Origin: Chiloscyllium plagiosum
Lineage: Eukaryota
Assembly: GCF_004010195.1 (NCBI RefSeq)
Contig: NC_057719.1
Coordinates: 17,364,893 to 17,424,047 of the forward strand
Direction: 5' to 3'
Length of the DNA: 59,155 nt
Below the pieces are notes generated by a model, which was given only the letters and a program-made list of their open reading frames with translations, had not been told where the DNA came from and made no database searches. This document shows, one piece after another, positions 35,626-47,409 of this stretch (position 1 is the stretch's first letter; each line of letters starts with the position of its first letter). The position numbers and the translations under genes are program-made.

Positions 35626-36809
35626 ACTTTACCCCAGTCCCAAGCCTTCAACTCAGCACTGCCCTCCAGACCAATCCATCACTACCCCCTCTGACCTATC
35701 ACCTTCTTCCTCACCTTTCCCAGCTACCTCCCCCCAACCCCACTCTCCATCCATTTATCTCTCAGCCCCAACCCAGAAGCCTCATTACTGATGAAGAGCT
35801 TATGTCTGAAACGTCGATTTTCCTGCTCCTCGGATGCTGCCTGGCCTGCTGTGCTTTGACAGCGCCACACTCTCATCACTTCCTCCAGGAGCCTGTTTCA
35901 TATGTGCACCACCTTCTGTGTCAAAAATTTGCTCCTCTGCTCCCTTTTATATCTTTCCCCTCTCACCTTAAACCTATGCCTTCTAGTTGTGGGCTCCCCT
36001 ATCCTGGGGAAAAAGACCTTGGCTATTCACCCTCTCCATGCCCCTCATGATTTTATGAACCTCGATATCACTAAACCACCAATCCTTCCCCAAACTGAGT
36101 TCAATTAACATCAAGTAACAGAACAGCAGGTTCAATATTGATGTTTTTTGGGATCCCTTGCTGTCCAACGTTGGCTGCAACGGTTCCCGTAAGACAGCAG
36201 CAGTTCAACTTCAAAAGGTATTTCCATTGGCTTTAAAGCAATTCCAACCACGCAGTGGTCACATACTTAAATGCAAGGGTTTCACTTTTCTCAGCTGCAC
36301 AAGGACCTCATGAAAAGAGATGCTGCCCCTTTAATTAAATTGTGGGCTGCTTTTCCAAAACAAGTGGGGAGAAATATCCTCCGAGGCATAGTTTTGTTCC
36401 AGTGTGAGGCAGAGCTTATCTTGTGGTCACAGCTTGACAATTAGCCGAGTCTCCTCAGCAGCATCACATGTCATGAAGCATTTTGTAATCTAGACTAAAG
36501 TTTAGGCAGTATCAAGTATCCCTATTCCTGCTCAATTTGGCACCACTGGGGCGCATCCCTTTCCAAGGGATCGGACAACTCCTGAGCAGAGCAGACCAAT
36601 GCTTGAGGCTGCTGAGCCTACTTAACAAGAATTGACTGTGAATGTGATCTTTTCCTTACTAGTCAGTGACTTTACTGAGCAAAGGCGTGGAGATTATGGA
36701 ATAATTCCATTGAATTAACAGTAGACTGTTAGGCCTGTGGGGAGCGTGCAGTCACAAGTTGGTTATGATCATAGTTTTGAATTGTCTGGAATGTAAAAGC
36801 AGAAATGTA

Positions 36810-37040
36810 GTATAAGTGTAAGACCATTCAAGCCACTGAGTCTGCACCACCATTCAATACAAGTATGCCTGATCTGCTCATTGTCAACTTACTTTTCCAT
36901 TTTTGTCCCCATAACCCTTGATTCCCTTACTAATTAAAGGTCTGCTTATCTTAGCCTTAAATATACTTAATGATGCAACTTCTACAGCCTTCTTTGGTAA
37001 AGAATTCCACAGATCAACAAAACTCTGAGAGATTGACCCT
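36810..37040 (-). mobile_element. CR1 3' end
   Basis: VDLWNSLPKKAVEVASLSIFKAKI...KGIKGYG. Confidence 0.8.
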
Positions 37041-37379
37041 AGGTTACAGAACTGAAGCAGGCACAATGGGCCAAATGGCCTCCTTTGGCGCTGTTACAAT
37101 TCTGTGATTTACTCCAGGCCGCTCGCAGCATCCCTTCCATGCATCATATTTCCCTTGCCAGTTTGCGCTTTGCTCATCCAGCCAGAAATATGAGGTTCAA
37201 GTGACTGCTGTTTGCTTTGCTGGTCAGCATGGACACAGATGTTAGACATGGTGGTCAGCAGTTCTCCATCATGTCAAGGGAGCTGGTCCTTGGTCAGGAA
37301 GCCCTGCCATGGTAATTCAAGAATAGACTGGACACAGTCAGTCAGTCACTTGGCGCAGAGTGTGCCAACAGAGCCCTAT

Positions 37380-38045
37380 TGTGCTCTCTTTTCTCTCTGG
37401 AATGACAAAGAAGCAGGTATTAAGAGAGATGAATGTGGCTGGTACCCCTGTTACTTTTGATGGAGGTGGGAGGTTATCTGAGCGATTGAGTAGGCAGCAT
37501 AGAGGGCATGCAGAGTTCATGGTGTTGGATGTTGGTGTGGGTGTGATCACATGGGGGAAGATGTTGCAGGCAACAATGAGAGTGGTAGAGTGGGAGGTAG
37601 GTGCAGTGGTAGAGTTAGACCCAATGTGCAGTATCAGACAGAAGTTGGTGCCACATCTGCTGGTGGAGTGGAGAAGGTCATTGACCTTCTTCCTGCATTG
37701 CTGCATATTCCTTCAGATTGCAGAGTCTGCACTGATCTGGTTGGCAACCTCAGACCTGGCTGGCATGGTCTGATTAGAGTGGTGCTGGAAAAGCACATTC
37801 CTGATGAACGGCTTTTGCCCGAAATGTCGATTTTCCTGCTCCTCGGCTGCTGCCCTGACCTGCTGTGCTTTTCCAGCAACACCATAATCTTGACTCTGAT
37901 CTCCAGTATCTGCAATCCTCGCTTTCTCCTGGCATTGTCTGATGCCACTGCCTCCTCTGCTAGTCCTGGTGGTAGTGAAGATCCCACCTTATGCACTACC
38001 CGTTCATCAGGGCCTCCAAGTCACTCCTGCAAAGCCAGGCATCAA
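37380..38045 (-). pseudogene. Myb/SANT-like (trihelix) gene relic, probably from a PIF/Harbinger transposon
   Basis: With the PLE removed, the minus strand reads DLEALMNG*..R...QTMPARSEVANQISADSAI*RNMQQCRKKVNDLL; downstream ttccag-REKRA resembles a second exon. Confidence 0.6.
37775..37928 (+). mobile_element. PLE family B insertion with short inverted head and 15-bp TSD (1 mismatch)
   Basis: ctggcatggtctgat 37760-37774 vs ctggcattgtctgat 37929-37943; ttcCTGATGAAcggcttttgcccGAAATGTC. Confidence 0.85.
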
Positions 38046-38057
38046 CTTGCCCTTATC

Positions 38058-38373
38058 AGCCATAGTGGCTCAGTGGTTAGCAGTGCTGCCTCACAGCATC
38101 AGGAACCTGGGTTCGAATCCCGCCTTGGGCGACTGTCTGTGTGGAATTTGCACATTCTCCCCGTATCTGCGTGGGTTTCCTACTGGTGCTCCAGTTTACT
38201 CCCACAATTCAAAAGATGTGCAGGTTAGGTGAATTGACCACACTAAATCACCCATAGTGTTAAGTGCATTAGTCAAAGGGAAATGGGTCTGGGTGGGTTA
38301 TTCTTCAGAGGGTCAGTCTGGACTTTTTGGGCTAAAGGGCCTGTTTTCACACTGTAGGGAATCTAATCTAATC
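38058..38373 (+). mobile_element. HE1/V-SINE
   Basis: tggctcagtggttagc A box, gggttcgaatccc B box, V-domain, (aatct)n end. Confidence 0.9.
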
Positions 38374-38924
38374 CAGGGAAAATGTCAGAAAACATTGCAG
38401 GAAAGCGTCGAACTGACACACTGCTTATTCCAGAAAGCTGACAGTTGTACCAGGGAATCCAGTCAATTCCAGGAAAACCTGGCAGTGGTAATATGGGGCT
38501 GGAATTGGACATAAAGGATGCTATGGGGCAGGGTGGCTAGTTAACAAAGTGAGTGTGTGAAGACATGCTTAGAACTCTTACTAAAACCCGCAACAAAATA
38601 ACCTGCCAAAAGAAAATGCAACACGCACATCACTAAAAAAAAGCATAAGATTCAACCCATTGTCTCTATGCTTCCTGTTAACGCTTTGGTGCATGTTGGA
38701 TGGTCCTTTTACAGTTATCACACCTTAATGCTGTAGCTTCAATCTGCAGTGTGATAGCACTCGTCACAGTTGGATGTGTATCATTCTTGTGGTTGCTGCC
38801 TGGCATGATATCTTCAGTGTCTGACAGGACATCCTCCGTGATGTACAGTTAATGCTTGCAATTCTATTGTCATCAAACTCTTTACTGGACTTGACTATTG
38901 CTGGTTACATTGCTAGTGTCAATA

Positions 38925-39131
38925 AAATGTGGTGCCGGAAAAGCACAGCAGGTCAAGCGGCATCTGAGGAGCAGGAGAGTCGACATTTCAGGATTAAGCC
39001 CTTCATCAGGAAGGGCTGATGCTCAAATCGCCGACTCTCCTGCTCCTCGGATGCTGCCTGACCAGCTGTGCTTTTCCAGCACTACACTTTTCAACTTTGA
39101 TCTCCAGCATCTGCAGTCCTCACTTTCTCCT
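38925..39131. mobile_element. Palindromic PLE family B insertion
   Basis: Arms ~38925-39002 and ~39011-39090 inverted about cttcatcagg/aagggc. Confidence 0.85.
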
Positions 39132-39199
39132 GATTATGTTACCATATGACTTGTGATAGGTACTAGAACCTCCTATTTTCCCATGAGCCCATGTGTCTG

Positions 39200-39890
39200 T
39201 GACAAGAAACTCAAACTTGTAAGCTTTGCCCGGATTTCAAGTTGGGAAAACTGTCTGCATGCTCTTGTGCTCCTCTATCATTTTCTCCCTTCTTTCCGAC
39301 AATGAGTCATGCACATGTCTTGGTGGGTGAGACAAGTCACACCTCATGGATGTTAAACTTGTTGAAAGCCACAATAGTTCCAGAGTCAAGCACTTTTGGT
39401 TGTTGTTGGCCTCCTGCAATTGCTTCAAGCTTGCAACCTTCTTCTGATAAAGAATCAACGGCAAACTCTTTTGGTTTGCCCAGAAGTGCTTTCTGAATGA
39501 CTGATAGTTGTAAAGGCAATAGCCATTTCCATAAGTCTTTCAGCTAAGTTAGTTTCAGCAATATCCCATCCTGTATGCATGCGTCAGTACCTGCTCATGA
39601 ATTTATCAATTGTTTCATCTGGCTGTTGGTGATATGACATGCCTATATATCCGGACGTTGACTCAAACTTTAAGTTGACCTTCTAAAATCTGGGAAAGCT
39701 TTTCAAGATCTTTGTAGTCGTCATCAGAAATACCAAATGATTTCCTTCTTCTCAAAACTTCAGCGTATAAATGAAAAGAAAATTGACTGTCTGTTCTTCT
39801 ATGTCAGCTATGTGCTGCTCCATGACATAAAAATTGATTCTTTCTTTAAGCTATTGACATTCTGACAGAATGGCAATGGATTGCTTGTCC
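39200..39890 (-). pseudogene. Gypsy-type LTR retrotransposon gag relic
   Basis: Frameshifted minus-strand pieces LEGQLKV*VNVRI, YHQQPDETIDKFMSR, LAERLMEMAIA, QKALLGKPK...EEGCKLEAIAGGQQ, CDLSHPPR (zinc-knuckle remnant). Confidence 0.55.
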
Positions 39891-39959
39891 ACAGTTAGAT
39901 TTTTATTTCCTTTTTTTTTCTTTTGTAGCTTTGTGATGTGTATAACTTGCAAGTAAAGG

Positions 39960-40395
39960 CATGTATTGCAGGGACTTGTGCACATGCACACCAAGGTCTC
40001 TCACTTCCTCTACCCATCTCAATACCTGGCGAAAGTGAGGACTGCAGATGCTGGAGATTAGAGTCAAGAGCATGGAGCTGGAAAAGCACAGCAAGTCAGG
40101 CAGAATCCGAGGAGCAGGAAACTCGACGTTTCGGGCAAATACCCGCCCATTTATCATGATTACTTTGCTTTGTTTCCCCTCACAAAATAAAATAATCTCA
40201 CACTGCTCCAGGTTTGCAACTTGCCAGCCCACAGTGCCAAACCAGCAATACCTTCCTGTAGTCAATAGCCAATCTCTTCATTATCAATTGCCCAGCAGCT
40301 TTAGAGCCATCTGCAAAGTTCCCAGTCATAGCTCCCACATTAGTTTCTAAGTTATTCATTAATTGCACAAAGTGCATGGACCTAAAACTGAGCAA
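39960..40395 (-). mobile_element. Old CR1 RT fragment with a PLE family B insert (40027-40143)
   Basis: EVRDLGVHVHKSLQ and NFADG on the minus strand; gaaagtgaggactgcagatgctggaga...cgtttcgggca inserted. Confidence 0.7.
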
Positions 40396-40910
40396 TGTGA
40401 AACACCACTGGAAACTCTTTCAATGCAAGAACAATCTAGGTGGTGTTCCTCCTAACAAAGAAGACATTTTTCTGGTCTATTTTTGCCTCGCCGTTTTGGA
40501 TAAAAGAGGATTGGCCAGCATTTGGACACAAGGAGGGTCCCTTTAGTATAATAAATTATTATAATGTGTTTGCTTTCTGTACTCGGATCACTCTCTTAGA
40601 TGTGCGCTATTCTTCAGTGTTACTAACTGCTGTGCTTTGATTCAGAACTGTCTTGAGCATCTTATAAACTGCCATTTTTCTCTTAAGGTGAAAGAGAGGT
40701 AGAGTACTCACTTTGCTTTGACATAGGTTTGTAGCCTTCAGCTACGGATGTAGCACACCGATTTTGGTTGTAATTGTAACTTCATCTCTGATCACAGACA
40801 GATTGATGGCTGACTGTCAAGAAAAAAACTTTCACAACTGCCACACTGCTGTCAGCTTTGCAACCTCTAGTTTTCACTTGTCTCCATTAACTAGCTGTCA
40901 GGACTCAGTA

Positions 40911-41181
40911 GATGACACGGTAGCTCAGTGGTTGGCACTGCTGCCTCACAGCACCAGGGACCTGGGGTCAATTCCAGCGTCAGGTGACCATCTGTATGGA
41001 GTTTGCACATTCCCCCATGTCTGTGGATTTCCTCCCACAGTCCAGTGTCCAGGGATGTGTAGTATAGGTGGATTAGCTGTGGGAAATGCAGGGTTACTGG
41101 GTGAGATGCTCTTTGGAGAGTCAGTATGGACCCTGTTGGGCCAAATGTCCTGCTTTCACACTATGGGGTTTCTATGACTCT
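40911..41181 (+). mobile_element. HE1/V-SINE
   Basis: ggtagctcagtggttggcactgctgcctcacagc; V-domain; tctatgactct tail. Confidence 0.85.
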
Positions 41182-42192
41182 GTTGTAATGCCTGCATACT
41201 AATACAACAATGTGATTTTTTTATATATATGTTAATTCATGTTACATATACCACAGGGAGCCTGGTTCTTGTTGTTGCAACAAATACCTTGATGTTTAAC
41301 AACAACACTATCTATTTGTATAGCTCTACTATTTCACAGACTTAGTCTGTGTTTCATATTTACTAATGTTACTACATATTACATATACATAGTTGGTTGA
41401 CTAAACTGACTCCATCACACACAGAGTGAAGGTGATTTGGATACCTTGGTACTGATATCATATAACTGTGCTAAAGGTACAAACCTGTCTGGTCTGTTAT
41501 CTATACCATATTATCAGACTTGACAAACAAGTTTAAGACAAGGCAAATATAGCAGATGCTGGAAGTCTGAAATAATAACTGCACATGGTGGCCACAGTCT
41601 GCAGACCAACAGCATCTGGACAGAAAGAGACAGAGATGAAATGTCATCTTCCTGAGTCATGAGATTTGTTTCTTTGATACAACTTGATATGCAGAGTGCT
41701 TCCCCAACATTTTTGATTTATATTTTTAGAAAGACAGTTTCTTTGAAGACAGCTCTACAGGATTTGGTGTGGGCAGTGGAGGGTGAAGAAGAATTGACAT
41801 AGCTGTTAAGGGAGTGAGAATAAGTAATCATTGTTTTATCAGTGTGGGACGTTTTGCTGGCTGCCACATATATTTGATTTGTAATAAAGAATGCTTCTTT
41901 CACTCTGATTGCCAGCGAAGCTTCAGTCAGAATATGTTAGAATTCACCAAGAGCATTATGTGGAGTGTCAATACAGATATTGTTAGTACTTCCAGAAGTT
42001 CCAAGGAAACAATGCTTCCCACCATTGGAAATAGACAACATGACACAGTGCGAAATGACAACTACCTTCATTCTCATGGGGCACGTTTAATACAGCAAAA
42101 TATCCCAAGTGCTTCACAGAAGGTCTATTGAAGACAATTTCATCCTGAGTCACATATGAAGATATCAGGACAGGTGACCAATAGATTGATCA

Positions 42193-42692
42193 NNNNNNNN
42201 NNNNNNNNNNNNNNNNNNNNNNNNNNNNNNNNNNNNNNNNNNNNNNNNNNNNNNNNNNNNNNNNNNNNNNNNNNNNNNNNNNNNNNNNNNNNNNNNNNNN
42301 NNNNNNNNNNNNNNNNNNNNNNNNNNNNNNNNNNNNNNNNNNNNNNNNNNNNNNNNNNNNNNNNNNNNNNNNNNNNNNNNNNNNNNNNNNNNNNNNNNNN
42401 NNNNNNNNNNNNNNNNNNNNNNNNNNNNNNNNNNNNNNNNNNNNNNNNNNNNNNNNNNNNNNNNNNNNNNNNNNNNNNNNNNNNNNNNNNNNNNNNNNNN
42501 NNNNNNNNNNNNNNNNNNNNNNNNNNNNNNNNNNNNNNNNNNNNNNNNNNNNNNNNNNNNNNNNNNNNNNNNNNNNNNNNNNNNNNNNNNNNNNNNNNNN
42601 NNNNNNNNNNNNNNNNNNNNNNNNNNNNNNNNNNNNNNNNNNNNNNNNNNNNNNNNNNNNNNNNNNNNNNNNNNNNNNNNNNNNNNNNNNNN
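42193..42692. other. Assembly gap (500 N)
   Basis: N run. Confidence 1.
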
Positions 42693-44271
42693 AAGTTGGC
42701 TAACGTGGTACAACTATTTAACAAAGGTGGTAAGGTCAAGCCAGGAAACTATAGACTGGTGAGCCTGACATCGGTAGTGGGCAAGTTGTTGGAGGGAATC
42801 CTGAAGGACGGGATGTACATGTATTTGGAAAGGCAAGGACTGATTAGGGATAGTCAACATGGCTGGTACAACTATTTAACAAAGGTGGTAAGGTCAAGCC
42901 AGGAAACTATAGACCGGTGAGCCTGACATCGGTAGTGGGCATTTGTTGGAGGGAATCCTGAAGGACGGGATGTACATGTATTTGGAAAGGCAAGGACTGA
43001 TTAGGGATAGTCAACATGGCTTTGTGCATGGGAAATCATGTCTCACAAACTTGATTGAGTTTTTTGAAGAAGTAACAAAGAAGGTGTTCAACAAGGTTCC
43101 CCATGGGAGACTGGTTAGCAAGGTTAGATCTCATGGAATACAGGGAGAACTAGCCATTTGGACACAGAACTGGCTCAAAGGTAGAAGGCACAGGGTGGTG
43201 GTGGAGGGTTGTTTTTCAGACTGGAGGCCTGTGACGAGTGGAGCACCACAAGGATCGGTGCTGGGCCCTCTACTTTTTGTCATTTACATAAATGATTTGG
43301 ACGCAAGCATGATTTGGACGCAAGCATAAGAGGTACAGTTAGTAAGTTTGCAGATGACACCAAAATTGGAGGTGTGGTGTGTAGTGAAGAAGGTTACCTC
43401 AGATTACAATGAGATCTTGATCAGATGGGCGAATGGGCTGAGAAGTGGCAGATGGAGCTTAATTCAGATAAATGCAAGGTGCTGCATTTTGGAAAAGCAA
43501 ATCTTCGCAGAACTTATATACTTAATGGTAAGGTCCTAGAGAGTGTTGCTGAACAAAGAGACCTTGGACTGCAGGTTCATAGTTCCTTGAAAGTGGAGTC
43601 ACAGGTAGATAGGATAGTGAAGAAGGTGTTTGGTATGCTTTCCTTTATTGGTCAGAGTATTGAGTACAGGAGTTGGGAGGTCATGTTGCAGCTATACATG
43701 TCATTGGTTAGGCCACTGTTGGAATATTGCACGCAATTCTGGTCTCCTTCCTATTGGAAAGATGTTGTGAAACTTGAAAGGGTTCAGAAAAGATTTACAA
43801 GGATATTGCCAGTGTTAGAGGATTTGAGCTATAAGGAGAGGCTAAACAGGCTGGGGCTATTTTCCCTGGAGCGTCGGAGGCTGAGGGGTGACCTTATAGA
43901 GGTTTACAAAATTATGAGGGGCATGGATAGGATAAATAGACAAAGTCTTTTCCCTGGGATGGGGGAGTCCAGAACTAGAGGGCATATGTTTAGGGTGAGA
44001 GGGGATAGATACAAAAGAGACCTAAGGGGCAATGTTTTCACACAGATGGTGGTACATATATGGAATGAGCTGCCAGAGGAAGTGGTGGAGGTTGGTAAAA
44101 TTGCAACATTTAAGAGGCATTTGGATGGGTGTATGAATAGGAAGGGTTTGGAGGGATGCGGGCTGGGAACTGGCAGGTGGGAATAGATTGGGTTGGGATA
44201 TCTGGTCGGCATGGAGGGGTTGGAACGAAGGGTCTGTTTCCATGCTGTACATCTCTATGACTCTATGAGTC
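42693..44271 (+). mobile_element. CR1 LINE ORF2 RT-to-3' end, disrupted by internal duplications and a deletion
   Basis: [56 protein letters not shown], 253-aa C-terminal ORF 43425-44186, tctatgac tail. Confidence 0.95.
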
Positions 44272-44383
44272 TAGTATTTTTAGGTGCTTGCGATTAGTAT
44301 AGTTAGGTGGTTGGGATTAGTATTGTTAAGTGGTTGGAAGTAGTATTGTTAAATGTTTAGGATTAGTATTCTTAGGTGATTGG
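44272..44383 (+). repeat. 23-bp minisatellite, ~5 copies
   Basis: Units start at 44272, 44295, 44318, 44341, 44364; consensus tagtattgttaggtggttgggat. Confidence 0.85.
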
Positions 44384-44539
44384 TTTTGATCGATGTGGAC
44401 ACATTCGGCTGAAGAGCGCTTGGCTGTGCTGTCGATCTCTATGATTCGATGTGGTTGGAACCTCAGGTCAGTTATAAATAATAAACCATATTGAAGTACA
44501 GTGACATAACGATAAACACAGTGACCTAGTTTTGTTGAA

Positions 44540-45193
44540 CAGAGAGACCAAGGAGTTTAGGTACATAGTTTTTGCAGGTTTCCTCACAGATATGCAGGGT
44601 GCTTAAGAAGGCGTTTAGCATAATTGCCTTCATTGCTCAGACCATTGAGTACAGGAGATGGGACATCATGTTGAGGTTATACTTGACATTGGAGAGAACA
44701 CGTGTGGAGTACTGTGTGCAGTTCTGCTGACCCTGCTATAGGAAGAATGGTATTGGATTAGAAATTGTTCAGAAAAGATTTACCAGAATGTTGCCAGGAT
44801 TGAAGGGCTTGCTTTATAAGGATATTGTTTCACTGGAGTGAAGGAGTTTGAGGGGTGACCTTATAGAGGTTTATAAAATCATAAGGGGCATAGATAAAAT
44901 CTTTTCCCTAGGATTTGGGGAAAATAAGGTAATATTTTTAAGATAAAAGGAGAAATATTTAAAAGTGACTTGAGGGACAACTTTTTCACAGTGTGGTTCA
45001 CGTGTGGAATGAACTGCCAGAGGAAGTGGCAGATGCAGGTACAGTAACAACATTTAAAAGACATTTGGTTGGGTACACAAATAGGAGAGGTTTAGAGGGA
45101 TATGGACCAACTGCAAGCAAGTTGGACTGGTTTAATTTGGGAACATTGTTGGACCAAAGGGTCGGTTTTCATGCTGTTTGACTCTATGACTCT
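44540..45193 (+). mobile_element. CR1 3' fragment
   Basis: VHVWNELPEEVADAGTVTTFKRHL; gactctatgactct tail. Confidence 0.88.
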
Positions 45194-45194
45194 A

Positions 45195-45655
45195 ACCTCA
45201 GGCTAATGTTCTGGGGCATGTGTTTGAATCACACCTTGGCAGATGGTGAAATTTGAATTCAATAATTATAAAATAAACCCTCTAGCAGCTGTCAATTGTT
45301 GTTTTTAAAAAGCCCATCTGCTTCACTAATGTCCTTTTAAGGAAGGAAAACTGCCATTCTTACATGGTCTGGTCTACATGTGACTCCAGATCCATAACAA
45401 TGTAGTTAGCTCTTAATCCACAAAATGTAGTTAGTTCTTAATCTACAATGGGCAACAAATAAAAACTGAAAGAAATGTGGATGCTGTAAATCAGAAACAA
45501 AAACAGAAATTGTTGGAAAAGCTCATCAGGTCCGGCAGCATCTGTGGCGAGAAATCAGAATTAATGTTTCAGGTTGAGTTCTGAGTAGGGGGTCACTCGA
45601 TTAACTTTAACAGGTAATAAATACTGGAGTCACACACATCCCATGAATAATTTGT
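45195..45655 (+). mobile_element. SINE (family of 3625-3953) with a PLE family C insert (~45460-45605)
   Basis: gcccatctgcttcactaatgtcc; ggatgctgtaaatcagaaacaaaaacagaaattgttggaaaagctc inserted in the tail. Confidence 0.7.
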
Positions 45656-46317
45656 TTTTTAAATGGTTTCTGTCTCCCTCTCCAATCTATAAGAGGCAGC
45701 ACAACACCTTGAGAAAAAGGACAACACTCATAATCGCTGAAAAGAAAGACACGTTTTGATGAAGCTTTTCGTCATATCTCATTAAGACAATTCGCAGGCA
45801 ATACAAGTGTAAAGGGAAAACAACCTTTTTATGCTGCTTGAGGTAAGAATTCCATTGACAACCAATTTAAGTTTGTCAGTCAGGCTCACAGTGTGGTGTA
45901 CTTACATGTACCGGAAGCTACAAATTTTAATACACAGGGCCCTGTTCTTTGTCGACAGAAAGAACATGTACACACATTGCGCCTGTTTCAACTCAACACA
46001 ATAAATGACAGCCATTCTCTGGTTCATTTCTCAGGGCAATATCTTGATCAATGAGAGGGGAAACCAGCTTTCTACTTTTTTCTAGCTCAGGTTCTAAAAA
46101 TATCTGTCTTCCCCATTAGTTTCGCAAAGTTTTTGGCATCAATATCTGCCTCTCAAAGAGAAACTAAACAATTTCCCAAACGTCACATCTGCATGTCACC
46201 CTAGTGTACTGAGGTACGTGGGACAAAACATGTGGACAGCATTCACAGGCAGAGCAGCACAATATATCTTTATTTGCTGACTTGTTTTCAACCGCAAAAG
46301 TACTTTTCCGCAGTGAT

Positions 46318-47066
46318 TGCAAGCATTATATAATAGGAGAAAGTGAGGGCTGCAGATGCTGGAGATCAGAGCTGAAAATGTGTTGCTGGAAAAGCGTAGC
46401 AAGTCAGGCAGCATCCGAGGAGCAGGAGAATCGACATTTCGGGCATGAGCCCTTCTTCAGGAATGAAGAAAGTGTGCCAAGCAGGCTAAGATAAAAGGTA
46501 GGGAGGAGGGACTTGGGGGAGGGGTGTTGGAAATGTGATAGGTGGAAGGAGGTTAAGGTGAGGGTGATAGGCCAGAGTGGGGGTGGGGGCGGAGAGGTCA
46601 GGAAGAAGATTGCAGGTTAGGANNNNNNNNNNNNNNNNNNNNNNNNNNNNNNNNNNNNNNNNNNNNNNNNNNNNNNNNNNNNNNNNNNNNNNNNNNNNNN
46701 NNNNNNNNNNNNNNNNNNNNNNNNNNNNNNNNNGTCCCAACCCTCAGACTCAGCACTGCCTTCTTGACCTGCAATCTTCTTCCCGACCTCTCCGCCCCCA
46801 CCCCCACTCCAACCTATCACCCTCACCTTAACCTCCTTCCACCTATCGCATTTCCAACACCCCTCCCCCAAGTCCCTCCTCCCTACCTTTTATCTTAGCC
46901 TGCTTGGCACACTTTCTTCATTCATGAAGAAGGGCTCATGCCCGAAATGTCGATTCTCCTGCTCCTTGGATGCTGCCTGACCTGCTGTGCTTTTCCAGCA
47001 ACACATTTTCAGCTCTGATCTCCAGCATCTGCAGCCCTCACTTTCTCCTATTACATAATGCTTGCA
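46318..47066. mobile_element. Large inverted PLE family B pair spanning a gap
   Basis: 46318-46622 and 46762-47066 are 305-bp reverse complements; 111 N at 46623-46733. Confidence 0.85.
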
Positions 47067-47409
47067 CATGCTTATAGTAGCTTGCAGAGTGGTTTCAAAA
47101 AATGTGACCATTTTACAAATTGAATTTCCCAATGATGCTAAAGTGGCAGCATAATTTCAGAGCCAATCAGAGTGTTACCCTTCTTCCATTTAACACCACG
47201 ATGAGTGTGGTGTTCAAACAGATTTCTTAATATCTGCACAGGGGGAGTGGGGTGTTTGTAGTGTTCAAATACTCTGTGCTTGATTTTGTGAGTCTGTTTT
47301 ATTGATGCTCACTGTGATTGATTGATTAAGATTGGATGTGGGCTGAGAGGCAAGTAAATAAAAGCTGTAAGAGATGCTGGAAGTCTGAGTTGAAACACAG
47401 AGCAGATAT

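Larger units (their letters stand above)
35118..35876. mobile_element. Inverted Penelope-like element pair (family B) with GIY-YIG remnants and 10-bp TSD
   Basis: cacttcctcc at 35108-35117 and 35877-35886; both arms end in hammerhead plus family B tail. Confidence 0.88.
34937..36060 (-). mobile_element. CR1 3' end split by a PLE insertion
   Basis: EVHKIMRGMERVNSQGLF on the minus strand; tail at 34937. Confidence 0.85.

Noticed and set aside
37551..38228. 225-aa plus-strand ORF
   Set aside because: Chance read-through of antisense Myb relic, PLE and HE1 sequence
42140..42920. Long ORFs across N runs (also 46486-46871)
   Set aside because: Artefacts of assembly gaps
43425..44186. 253-aa ORF as a functional gene
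   Set aside because: C-terminal piece of CR1 ORF2; upstream RT is frameshifted and deleted
44272..44383. CRISPR-like array
   Set aside because: Contiguous tandem units without unique spacers, in a eukaryotic context with no cas genes
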